This document shows, one piece after another, positions 31,560-41,239 of a stretch of DNA of 57,139 nt (positions are counted from its first letter, which is position 1; each line of letters starts with the position of its first letter). The position numbers were made by a program, and so were the translations under genes. This DNA comes from Promethearchaeota archaeon (GTDB lineage Archaea > Asgardarchaeota > Lokiarchaeia > Sigyniarchaeales > SOKP01): assembly GCA_018238625.1 (NCBI GenBank), contig JABCSY010000012.1, positions 1-57,139 on the forward strand. The letters are read 5' to 3'. The notes beneath the pieces are model-generated. The model was not told the DNA's origin. It was given only the letters and a program-made list of their open reading frames with translations, and searched no databases.

Positions 31560-32299
31560 CTTTGATTAAACCTTCTTATTTTATCAAAATTGATAGTTCC
31601 ATCGTGTAAAGCGGTTCCTATTAGAACTCCTGAGAAATTATGCTGATGATATAATTTTATATCATCTATATCCTTAATTCCCCCTCCAACGATTATATTT
31701 CCCTTAAAACTATCCCTTATTTCTTGATATAACTGCGGGATTCCGCCTAACTTTTGCCCTATTTTATAAAGATCAAGTAGAATTATTTTTTCAACACCTA
31801 AATTTTCAATCTTCTTTATAATTTCAATTGGTTTCTGTTTTTGTAATTCTTTTATATTGGTTTGAATCAATTCGTTGTACATATCAATACTTACAATGGT
31901 TTTATTCTTACCAAAAATTTGTAAACATTTAGAAATGACTTTTAATTTTTTTATCGTCTCTAATCCTAATATTAATGCATCTATGTTATATTTAGAATAC
32001 ATTCTAACATTCTTTATAGATAAAATTCCTGGATCTATAATGATTTTAACATTTGGTATGGCTAAAATTTTATCTAATAAACTGAAATTAGGTTCTTTTT
32101 TGATTATTGCATCTAAATCGGCAATATATATATCATTAATTTCATACTCATCTTTTAATTTTTTAACAATTTTTATTGGATCACAGTTATTTATCCATAC
32201 CGCCTTTAACGGTTTATATCTCTCTCGTTCCCCTTTTATTGCATGGACTGCCTCAGAATTTAACACGTCAATTACAGGTATGATTTTAAAACTACTCAT
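31556..32299 (-). CDS. HisA/HisF-related TIM-barrel protein
   Basis: IIPVIDV, YIADLDAI, VGGGI, GTALHDG. Confidence 0.85.
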   Translation of the reverse strand: MSSFKIIPVIDVLNSEAVHAIKGERERYKPLKAVWINNCDPIKIVKKLKDEYEINDIYIADLDAIIKKEPNFSLLDKILAIPNVKIIIDPGILSIKNVRMYSKYNIDALILGLETIKKLKVISKCLQIFGKNKTIVSIDMYNELIQTNIKELQKQKPIEIIKKIENLGVEKIILLDLYKIGQKLGGIPQLYQEIRDSFKGNIIVGGGIKDIDDIKLYHQHNFSGVLIGTALHDGTINFDKIRRFNQS

Positions 32300-32460
32300 C
32301 TTTTTAACTTAAAACTTTTATTTTTTCTAATATATCGACAAATTACCAATATGAAATACTCTTTTTTTTTTTTAATAGTGATTAATTAATTATTAAATAG
32401 TTTTATTTTTAAAGTATTAATTCTAAAATTATCTTTGAATAAACAAACCTTTTTAAAGTA

Positions 32461-34185
32461 GTGAAAGAAATGAAAACGGAAGCATATATTAATAAAATTA
32501 TTGAGGATACAGGGCTATCTAGAACTGATATTCAAACTTTAGTGGAAGAAAAAAAAGAAGAGCTTAAGGGTTTAATCTCAGACGAAGGAGCTTTGTTTGT
32601 AATTGCTAAAGAGTTAGGTGTAGATGTGACGAGCGAAAATAAGGAACTCTTAAACGAAATTGAGTTAAATATATCAGATATTACATTAAATATGAAAAAT
32701 ATAGTGATTGTCGGTAGAATTAAGGAAATTCATCGTGTTAATAGTTTCAATAAAAAAAGTGGAGAAACGGGACATGTAGGGTCGTTTTTGTTGCATGATA
32801 ATACAGGGGATATCCGAATTGTTTTATGGGATGAGCAAGTGAGTATTTTTAAAGATGAACGCTTTGAAAAAAATGAGATTGTTAAAATTTCAAATGCTAA
32901 TGCAAAAAAAGGAAGAGAAGGCGGAATTGAAATTCATGTTGGAGGATTTAGCAAGATTAATTTGGCTCCTGAGGATGTAGATTATAAAAAATACTCAAAA
33001 ATTAAAGAACAATTCGTAAAAATACAAGATATCAATGAAAATTTAGGATCTATATCGACTGAGGGAAAAGTAATGAGCCATTTTCCCGTAAAAGATTTCG
33101 TTAGAAAAGATGGTCAAAACGGTAGTGTAAGTTCAATAATACTGAGAGATTCGACGGGAAAAGTGAGAATTACTTTTTGGAACGAAGATATCGAAAAAAT
33201 CGAAAATCTTGAAGAAGGTGATTTTATTTCACTGACTAACCTAAATCCTAGAAAAAGCACCTATGCAGAAAACAGAATCGATGTGCACGCAAATTCGTGG
33301 ACAAAAATAACTAAAAAAGATAAAAAATTGAATTTAGAAGCAAAATTTATTGATAAAATCGTAAAGCTTCAAGATGAAAAGGGTTACATTTCATTTCAGG
33401 GCGTTATTACCGCAGTAGAGGACTTAAGAAGGATAACGCTAAAATCAGGAGATGATGTATCTCTATTAAGTTTTACGGTAAGTGACGATACTGATAGTAT
33501 AAGAATTACTGCGTGGCGAGAAAAAGCAGATGAATTATCGAAGTCTCTAAAGGCTGGAGAGGGTATTTCGTTAAAAAGCGTTGAATTAAGATTTAGTAAT
33601 TATTCGGATAAAAATGAAGCAACAATTTCAATTGATTCAAGTTTAGAAAAAATAGATCTAAAAATCTCAAATTTAAAAATTGCTAAAACCCCTACTAAAG
33701 AGAAGACTGGTTCTTTTTCGAAAAATTTCACGGAAATTAATTCGATTCAATCATCTGGCTTTTTTGAAATTAAAGGTTTTATTTCAAATGAGTTGAAGAA
33801 CATCAGATTCTATGAAGCATGTACAAATTGTAGAAAAAAGATTGATAATTGTACTTGTGATAAAAAGGGAGATAGTAAAATGACGATGATCGTTAGTCAT
33901 ATCGTTGAGGATGAAAGCGGTAAGATTAGGGCTACTTTTATTGGAGAAGCTGCAGAGAAATTAGTTGGTACTGAAGCTGATTTAGTTGTAAAAGTGAAAG
34001 ATACTCCAGATTACGATAAATTGTTAGAGAAATTCTCCTCAGAACTCGTGGGAAGAGATATTATGATTAGAGGAAAAGTTAAATTTAATGATTATAGCGA
34101 TTCCTACGAAATAGTTGCTTCAAATTTCCAAGATATTAATGTGGAAGAAGAATTAGATAACATAATGAAAGAAATCTTGACTTAA
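32461..34185 (+). CDS. Replication protein A large subunit (multiple OB folds)
   Basis: Repeated DxTGxIRxxxW OB folds; YEACTNCRKK zinc motif. Confidence 0.9.
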   Translation: MKEMKTEAYINKIIEDTGLSRTDIQTLVEEKKEELKGLISDEGALFVIAKELGVDVTSENKELLNEIELNISDITLNMKNIVIVGRIKEIHRVNSFNKKSGETGHVGSFLLHDNTGDIRIVLWDEQVSIFKDERFEKNEIVKISNANAKKGREGGIEIHVGGFSKINLAPEDVDYKKYSKIKEQFVKIQDINENLGSISTEGKVMSHFPVKDFVRKDGQNGSVSSIILRDSTGKVRITFWNEDIEKIENLEEGDFISLTNLNPRKSTYAENRIDVHANSWTKITKKDKKLNLEAKFIDKIVKLQDEKGYISFQGVITAVEDLRRITLKSGDDVSLLSFTVSDDTDSIRITAWREKADELSKSLKAGEGISLKSVELRFSNYSDKNEATISIDSSLEKIDLKISNLKIAKTPTKEKTGSFSKNFTEINSIQSSGFFEIKGFISNELKNIRFYEACTNCRKKIDNCTCDKKGDSKMTMIVSHIVEDESGKIRATFIGEAAEKLVGTEADLVVKVKDTPDYDKLLEKFSSELVGRDIMIRGKVKFNDYSDSYEIVASNFQDINVEEELDNIMKEILT

Positions 34186-34272
34186 ATAAATTTTTATAAA
34201 AAAGCTTTTTTATTAATTTTTGTTTCTATTTCATAAATTATCTTAAAAATTATTAATTTTTAGATTGGAAAC

Positions 34273-35208
34273 ATGAGGCATGTCGATATTGTTGGGTTAG
34301 GCGAAGTCGTTTTAGATTGGGTTGCTGAAATACCACACATTCCAAAGCCGGACGAGAAGATTGATGCATTAAGCGAGAATTATTTTCCGGGCGGTGTTAC
34401 AGCAAATTATTTAGTAGCGGTAGCTAGATTAGGGGGTTTATGCGGATTTATAGGTGCTGTTGGAAATGATTCGTACGGTGATTTCTTGGTTGAAGATTTC
34501 ATTGAAGAAAAGGTAGACACAACTTTTATTGTAAAGAAGCCAAATAAAAAAACACCTGTTAACTTTATATTTATTGCTCAAGGGGAAAAGTCAATAATTC
34601 AATCTCCTCACATGCAAACAACAAAAATTGATGTTAATGATTTAAATGAATCATTTATAGCAGAATCTAAGCTATTACATACTACAATGATTCATCAGGA
34701 AGTTACTGAAAAAGCCATTGAAATTGCTAAAAGAAATAACGTTAAAATCAGTATTGATTTAGAATCTCAAATTGCGCAAAGAGGTTGGCAAAATTTAAAA
34801 AATATGCTTTTAAACGCTGATATTTTAATTCCAAATAAAGAAGGGGCAAAATCAATAACGAACAGCGATAGTCCTGAAAAGGCAGCTAATATTTTAGTGA
34901 AAAAAGGGATACCTATTGTAATTATTACGTTAGGAAGTAAGGGGGTTTTAATAACCACAAGTGACTTTCAAAAAAGGATACCTACTTACGATATTAAACA
35001 TGTTATTGATACTACGGGGGCAGGAGATACGTTCAATGGCGCATTTTCCCTAGCTTATTGGATTAAAGGCTGGGATTTGGAAAGGGCTTGTAAATACGGT
35101 AATGCGGCAGCTTCTTTGAAGATTCAAAAATTAGGTGCGAGATCTGGTATGCCTAAAGAAAATGAGTTATTAGATTTCCTAAAGAAGAATGATAGCACAT
35201 TCTTATAA
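34273..35208 (+). CDS. PfkB/ribokinase-family kinase
   Basis: PGGVTAN, GAVGND.YG, DTTGAGDTF. Confidence 0.93.
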   Translation: MRHVDIVGLGEVVLDWVAEIPHIPKPDEKIDALSENYFPGGVTANYLVAVARLGGLCGFIGAVGNDSYGDFLVEDFIEEKVDTTFIVKKPNKKTPVNFIFIAQGEKSIIQSPHMQTTKIDVNDLNESFIAESKLLHTTMIHQEVTEKAIEIAKRNNVKISIDLESQIAQRGWQNLKNMLLNADILIPNKEGAKSITNSDSPEKAANILVKKGIPIVIITLGSKGVLITTSDFQKRIPTYDIKHVIDTTGAGDTFNGAFSLAYWIKGWDLERACKYGNAAASLKIQKLGARSGMPKENELLDFLKKNDSTFL

Positions 35209-35223
35209 ACTTTATAGGCTTCA

Positions 35224-35661
35224 TTAAGAATAAATTACGCTTATATTTTTAAAATTTTCACTATTGGTAAGAACATCTAACTTTTCTAAAATCATTTCTG
35301 AGGTAAGTTGAGTATTCGGTTGATTAAATGGCCAAATACCAATTAAAATATCTCCTAGCTTTTTTGCATTCCCAATTAGAAAACCTTCCTTTTTTCCATC
35401 TGATAAAAATGTGTAGAGAATAACGATATAATAATTAAAATTATAATTAAAAGCGGCATCTCCACTTTTTATTACTTCTCGAATGTTTTGAAAATTTATT
35501 ACATTTTGACGCTTTTGGCTTAATATTTTTAGAGACGAAAAATATTGAGAAGGAATATTAATCGGTTTATCAGAGATTATACTTTTAAAAGTTAGTGAAT
35601 GGGATTCGTTTTTATCTCCTTTAGTCCCTTTAAAAATTACTTTGTAAAATATTGCACTCAT
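35224..35661 (-). CDS. Hypothetical protein
   Basis: 145-aa ORF with AGGAG upstream. Confidence 0.65.
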   Translation of the reverse strand: MSAIFYKVIFKGTKGDKNESHSLTFKSIISDKPINIPSQYFSSLKILSQKRQNVINFQNIREVIKSGDAAFNYNFNYYIVILYTFLSDGKKEGFLIGNAKKLGDILIGIWPFNQPNTQLTSEMILEKLDVLTNSENFKNISVIYS

Positions 35662-35739
35662 CGAAATCTATTTTATCTCCTTTTTAATACTAAAATAGAA
35701 TAAAAAAAAAACAAATGAACTATCGGTACTATTATTATT

Positions 35740-36087
35740 TTATCGTTTTCTATATGGTTTCTTCATCATCCCTTGTCGAATGATGATATTTTCTTCAGGA
35801 AAGCCCAAGTCAATTAAAAATTTTTTCAACTTAAACTTGTGGTCGCCTTGAAGCTCGATTAAATTTCCTCTAACAGTTCCTCCAGAAGCACATTTCTTTT
35901 TAGCTTGCGTAAGAATATCCTTTAAATTTGCGTCTATATTCCCTTCGAAGGTGATAACGGTAACCACACGCCCCCATTTCCTTCGATCGTTAGAGATAAT
36001 AATTTGTTGTTCATCTGCGCTTAAACTATCGCATATACATAGGTCTTTCGGAAAACTACATACCGGACAAATGTCTTCTTCTTTAAT
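35740..36087 (-). CDS. sui1: Translation initiation factor aIF1/SUI1; start extended to ATT
   Basis: ICPVCSFPKDLCIC, RRKWGRVVTVI, KKKCASGGT, IELQGDH. Confidence 0.92.
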   Translation of the reverse strand: MKEEDICPVCSFPKDLCICDSLSADEQQIIISNDRRKWGRVVTVITFEGNIDANLKDILTQAKKKCASGGTVRGNLIELQGDHKFKLKKFLIDLGFPEENIIIRQGMMKKPYRKR

Positions 36088-36315
36088 ACTCCTTTTTCAC
36101 AACCTTTATTATTGAAACTTATTAAAATACAGTACTAAAAAATAATAGAATTAAATCTTATAAAAACCTTTTTTTATTTTGGTTTTGTATAATTTTAAAA
36201 ATGTTAAATTTTTATATGGAGTTGGTTTTTGGGTTTTTAGGTTTTATGATTAGCAACATTATAAAAATAAATTCTTATTTAATATTATTAAAAAAAACAA
36301 TTCATGATATAAAAA

Positions 36316-36840
36316 ATGATGAGTTCATGGATTTTTAAAGTAATCGTAGCAGGAGCAGGTGGTGTGGGAAAAACTGCTATGGTGACTCGATATTGTAAAG
36401 GAAAGTTTGAAGAAGGCTATAAGATGACTATAGGTGCGGGATTTCACACAAAGTCAGAAGTCCTTGACACAGGAGAGTCCGTAAAAATGCAATTATGGGA
36501 CTTCGCAGGAGAAAAACGCTTCCGAGAGCTTTTACCAGACTATTGTAAGGGTGCTAGTGGAGCTTTTATTTGCTTTGATGTAACGGATTACGACACTTTC
36601 AGAGAAATTCCAGGTTGGTTAAAAATAATTCGCAAAAAAGCAGGTTTTGTGCCTATTATTCTTATGGGTATGAAGTGGGATTTATCGAACCACGAAGTGG
36701 ATTACGAAATCGCAAATGAATACGCCCAAAACGCTAAATGCAATCAATGCGTTCTCACTTCTTCAAAAGAAAATATAAACATAAACGAATCGTTTCAAGC
36801 CATGGCTAAGTGGCTTATATTTTACGCAAGTCAAACATAA
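36316..36840 (+). CDS. Rab/Ras-like small GTPase
   Basis: GAGGVGKT, TIG, WDFAGE, MKWD, SSK; no prenylation motif. Confidence 0.92.
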   Translation: MMSSWIFKVIVAGAGGVGKTAMVTRYCKGKFEEGYKMTIGAGFHTKSEVLDTGESVKMQLWDFAGEKRFRELLPDYCKGASGAFICFDVTDYDTFREIPGWLKIIRKKAGFVPIILMGMKWDLSNHEVDYEIANEYAQNAKCNQCVLTSSKENININESFQAMAKWLIFYASQT

Positions 36841-36925
36841 TTTGCCCTATTTTTAGAAATTGCCATATTTCTAAGTTATGAATTTAAACATTAACCCATA
36901 ATAAATAAGAGTAAGAGGATTTAAG

Positions 36926-37122
36926 CGCCCCGAGCTAAACCAAACTTCGGAAATCGATTGTTTTATGGTTCTCGTATTGCCCAGAGGTTAGTCAACAAAT
37001 CGAACATGCGACCGCCCGGTTAACTTCCGGGAATAATGGTAAATCCGTCCATTATTCGAGCCGGGTGCTCTACTTTATCAAGCACACCGATACGGTGCTC
37101 TCACTAACTGAGCTATCGAGGC
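36926..37122 (-). tRNA. tRNA-Asn(GTT) with four introns (37074-37103, 37025-37058, 36969-36998, 36936-36964)
   Basis: GCCTCGA/TCGGGGC acceptor stem; removing four BHB-like inserts gives a 74-nt cloverleaf with CT-GTT-AA. Confidence 0.85.
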
Positions 37123-37149
37123 AGATTATTTTCCAATGCGAAATACATG

Positions 37150-37281
37150 TGGTGCTTCTGCCGGGATTCGAACCCGGTTAATGATACGGATCGACATGTG
37201 CCGTATTGTCACCAGGGTGAAAGCCTAGCATGCGGAGCCCTTTCCTTTTCGGAAAGTTTGGCCGAACTACACTACAGAAGC
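37150..37281 (-). tRNA. tRNA-Glu(TTC) with two introns (37234-37257 D-loop; 37178-37207 variable/T junction); CCA encoded
   Basis: GCTTCTG/CAGAAGC stem, CT-TTC-AC loop, BHB central helices GGCC/GGCT and GGTG/CATT. Confidence 0.93.
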
Positions 37282-37443
37282 GTTTTTAAAATAACATTTT
37301 TTCCTATTCTTTTTGGCAGAGAATGCTAAAAACAATTATTTTAATAAACTTTCTAGTTAACGCTTGATTTTAAATTTTTTTATAATAGAAAAAGAAATGA
37401 TTACCTTATTAAAAATATGCTATTTTTATTATTGTAAATTAAA

Positions 37444-37528
37444 TGCGGGAAGAGGGATTTGAACCCTCGAACTCCTCTGAGACTGGATTCTAAGTCCAGC
37501 GCCGTAGACCAGACTTGGCAATTCCCGC
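37444..37528 (-). tRNA. tRNA-Leu(TAG), intronless
   Basis: Complete cloverleaf, CT-TAG-AA loop, long variable arm. Confidence 0.96.
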
Positions 37529-37723
37529 ATTAAAATAACAAATATTGTAGTAAATTTAGTATTTAAAATGCGAAAAACTAAATAAATTTTTTAGTTAAGA
37601 GTATAAAATTATTTTAGATTAAATTAATAGTTAAAAATAAAAATAAGAAATATTTAAGAATTAAGATTATTGTTATTAAAGCAGATAGAATTATAAGGTT
37701 AGATAAAAAAAATAGGTTTTTTT

Positions 37724-38722
37724 ATGAGTGTAAGAGATTCGTTAATAAAATACTTGACTTCAATCTTGAGGGCATCTCAGGGCACAATTTTGGTAATCTT
37801 ATGTGATTTGAATGGGCTTTCTATAGCGAAAATTGGAAGGAAAAGTGATATTGAGATAAACCCTAATCGTATTACTAGTTTAGCTTCGGCAGCGTTTTCA
37901 GCGAGCGAAGAAAGTTGGGAAGATTTGAGTATTAAAGATCAAGTTATTTCTTTTTCATTCTTTGATAAGGTGTGTTTAATAACGATTCGAATAAATCAAA
38001 CTCTCTTAACAATTGTTCATGATTATCATAAAGAATGGCCATTAGATGCAGATAATTTAGCAAGTTCTATGTACTATATAAAACAGAAATTAGGAGCTTT
38101 TTTTGGTAATAATGATGAAACTGAGAGAGATCTTGAATATTTTTCAAACAAAGTTCGAAGTGCGATTTATCTCTTTGGTATGGGGTCTGAAGTACCTTTC
38201 GTATCTTATTCTCCAGAAAAATTTGATTCTACCAATCTATTACCATCTATAAGTTATGTATTAGACTCAATACAAAACCCTATATATATAAGATATAGCC
38301 TTGTAAGCTCAACAGGTTTAACATTAGATGCTAGGGAAGTTAGTGGTCGTAATTTACCAATTTCGGTTGAGGCGTTTTCAGCCAGTGCTAATGTTGCTTT
38401 TCAAAAAATGAAAGAAGAATCTGAAAGCAGTTCAATCGGTGAGTTATTGTGTTATATTGCGATTTCTGGGCAAGATCCTGAAAATTTTTACGGAATTATC
38501 ACATGTCCTTCTGGAAAATTAAAGTTTTCTGAAGTGGAAGGGACATTAAATATGGAAGAGATTTCTTTTATAGGTCTCTTCACATTGACATATGGGGGAA
38601 TTCCGATTATGTGTGAATCCCGAAATATTATATTTTCAATAATGAAAATAATTGGAACTGAGCGAATCACTGAAAACTTTATAAAATCTGTAAATGTATT
38701 AACTAGTTTTAAATATGATTAA
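37724..38722 (+). CDS. Tandem Roadblock/LC7-domain protein
   Basis: Two repeats: LCDLNGLSIA..SLASAAF and LVSSTGLTL..SASANVAF. Confidence 0.7.
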   Translation: MSVRDSLIKYLTSILRASQGTILVILCDLNGLSIAKIGRKSDIEINPNRITSLASAAFSASEESWEDLSIKDQVISFSFFDKVCLITIRINQTLLTIVHDYHKEWPLDADNLASSMYYIKQKLGAFFGNNDETERDLEYFSNKVRSAIYLFGMGSEVPFVSYSPEKFDSTNLLPSISYVLDSIQNPIYIRYSLVSSTGLTLDAREVSGRNLPISVEAFSASANVAFQKMKEESESSSIGELLCYIAISGQDPENFYGIITCPSGKLKFSEVEGTLNMEEISFIGLFTLTYGGIPIMCESRNIIFSIMKIIGTERITENFIKSVNVLTSFKYD

Positions 38723-39176
38723 ATCTAATTTGGAAGAATCTATTCCTAAACTATTTTGTCTCCATTTTAATGAATGTGATAAGAAAAAATGCACAGCCTT
38801 GAAATTAGCAAGGTTCAATTTGCTAAAAATCGTGCCTAAGATTAAAGGAAGAAATTATAATGCTATTTTTTTAAATCCCTTTTCTAATAAAGTAATAAAT
38901 GATAGCGATAGGGAGATCATATTAAAGTATGGTCTTATTGTTGTGGATTGCTCTTGGAAAAAAATTTTCAATTTTAAAAACTTTAACTTAAAAAATAGTA
39001 GAAGGTTACCACCACTTATTGCAGCAAATCCAGTAAATTATGGTAAAGTGGAAAAATTGAGCTCTGTTGAGGCATTAGCGGCAGCGCTTTACATTACAAA
39101 TTTTCATACTTACGCTGATTTAATACTCTCAAAATTTTCATGGGGAGTTGAATTTAAAAAATTGAATAAATTTTAG
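38715..39176 (+). CDS. tsr3: rRNA aminocarboxypropyltransferase Tsr3
   Basis: CDKKKCT, VDCSW, RRLPPLIAANPVNYG, LSSVEALAAAL. Confidence 0.95.
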   Translation: MIKSNLEESIPKLFCLHFNECDKKKCTALKLARFNLLKIVPKIKGRNYNAIFLNPFSNKVINDSDREIILKYGLIVVDCSWKKIFNFKNFNLKNSRRLPPLIAANPVNYGKVEKLSSVEALAAALYITNFHTYADLILSKFSWGVEFKKLNKF

Positions 39177-39222
39177 CAAAAATATAGAATACAGACTAAT
39201 AAAAATAAAAAATTAAAAAAAA

Positions 39223-40827
39223 TTAATCTCCAGAGTGTTTCGAAAGTCCTGAAGCGGCAATCACATCATCAATCTTTAAAATCATAGAAGCAACTTCGGT
39301 TGCTGATTGAATAGCTTGAGTTAATACCATTAAGGGTTCAATAACACCCAATCCTATCATATCATCAGGGTTACCAGTATCAATATTAATTCCATACGAG
39401 TTTCCTTTATCTGAGTCGTGTTTTGAACGTAATTCTACAATTAAATCAACAGGATTATACCCCGCATTTTCAACCAAGGTTTTAGGAATTATCTCTAGGG
39501 CGTTAGCATATATTTCAATTGCTAGTTGTTCCCTACCACCTATAGACCGAGCATAAGCTCTTAAACGTTTAGCTAACTCAATTTCAGAAGCTCCACCCCC
39601 CGGTAAAATGTAAGGCATTTCAATTGCTGCTTTTACTACAGATAGTGCGTCATCGAACATTCTTTCTGCTTCATCCACAACGTGTTCAATCCCAGCCCTT
39701 ATTAGTATACTCACAGCCTTAGGATCAACACATTCTGATACAAAAATCATATTGTCATCCCCAATTTTCCTTTCTTCTACTTTTCCTGCTTTACCTAAGT
39801 CTTCAGCTTTAATATCGAAGATATTGTTTACTAATTTTGCCTGAGTAGCTCGAGCAAGTTTTTCCATATCTGATCTCTTGACTCTACGAATCGCTATGAT
39901 GTTCTCTTGGGCAAGAAAGTTTTGCGCCTTGTCATCAACACCCTTCTGACAAAAAACAACATTGGCTCCAACTTCTTTTAATTTAATAACGCGGGATTTA
40001 AGCATTTTCGCTTCTTCTTCAAGGAATTTATTGATTTGATCAGGTGTTTGAATTCTAATCTCTGCATCAAATTCAGTTTTCTGAATTTCAAGAGAGGAGT
40101 TAACTAATGCAATTTTTGCATCCTTGAAAGATTTTGGCATCATAGGGTGTACAATTTCCTTATCCACTATAATTCCATCTATGATTTTTGTATCTATTAA
40201 ACTTTTTCCCTCTTTTTTTATCATTTGAATTTGATCCAAATCGATTAAAATACGGTCTCCACGTTTTTCTTTTATTTGGTTTACCGCTTTAACAGCAATA
40301 TCTGCAAAATGACTTTTAACACCCGTAATTAATTTACTGTTCATTGAAGTTCCTGCAACTTTCAATAAAGTCTCTTTATCGTTGACATCAATTTTGGTAG
40401 CTAGAACTTTCAATATTTCCTTAGACTTTACTAACGCTTTTCTATATCCCCTAATTATTATCGTTGGGTGAACTGATTGATCCATTAACTCTTGAGCAAG
40501 ATTCAATAATTCTCCAGAAATGATAACGCTCGTAGTAGTTCCATCACCTACTTTATCGTCTTGCGTTTTAGCAACTTCGACTATCATTTTAGCGGCGGGA
40601 TGTTCAATATCAATAGTGTCTAAGATCGTTGCACCATCGTTCGTTATTGTTACATCTCCTAAAGAATCAACAAGCATTTTATCCATGCCTTTAGGACCAA
40701 GTGTTGTTCTTACTGCTTCTGCTACTGCTTTAGCTGCAGCTATATTATTCTTTTGGGCATCCTTTCCTTGTTTTCTTTCTGTTCCTTCCTTCAAAATAAT
40801 AATCGGGACCCCACTTAACTGTGCCAT
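39223..40827 (-). CDS. ths: Thermosome (group II chaperonin) subunit
   Basis: [33 protein letters not shown]. Confidence 0.97.
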   Translation of the reverse strand: MAQLSGVPIIILKEGTERKQGKDAQKNNIAAAKAVAEAVRTTLGPKGMDKMLVDSLGDVTITNDGATILDTIDIEHPAAKMIVEVAKTQDDKVGDGTTTSVIISGELLNLAQELMDQSVHPTIIIRGYRKALVKSKEILKVLATKIDVNDKETLLKVAGTSMNSKLITGVKSHFADIAVKAVNQIKEKRGDRILIDLDQIQMIKKEGKSLIDTKIIDGIIVDKEIVHPMMPKSFKDAKIALVNSSLEIQKTEFDAEIRIQTPDQINKFLEEEAKMLKSRVIKLKEVGANVVFCQKGVDDKAQNFLAQENIIAIRRVKRSDMEKLARATQAKLVNNIFDIKAEDLGKAGKVEERKIGDDNMIFVSECVDPKAVSILIRAGIEHVVDEAERMFDDALSVVKAAIEMPYILPGGGASEIELAKRLRAYARSIGGREQLAIEIYANALEIIPKTLVENAGYNPVDLIVELRSKHDSDKGNSYGINIDTGNPDDMIGLGVIEPLMVLTQAIQSATEVASMILKIDDVIAASGLSKHSGD

Positions 40828-41239
40828 TTTAAAATCACTTTATTTTTATATTTTAATTCAAAATTTTATATTACTTATATAATGATCTCTAAGTCATAAA
40901 ATTAAAAAAGTTTACGAATATGAATTCTCTCAAATTTCCTTAGTGAAAATGTTTTTAAAGAATGCATTAAAACTAAGAAATTAATTCCTTAATTATTCTT
41001 TCTTTATCTATAAATCATTCTAGGGTATTTCGACACAATTGGCATATTTCTGAGGAAACAGATCTTCTCATAATCTAAAGACATCATCAAACAGCTCTAC
41101 TTCTTATTTTGACGATTAATTTGTTCGTAGGTTACTTTTTTTAGGTAAATTAAAAATCGAGTTTTATCCATCCAGAAAATAAATGTTTTATGGTTAAATT
41201 TTTGTGTAGTTTATAACTTTTCAGCTAAAAAAAGTTAAA

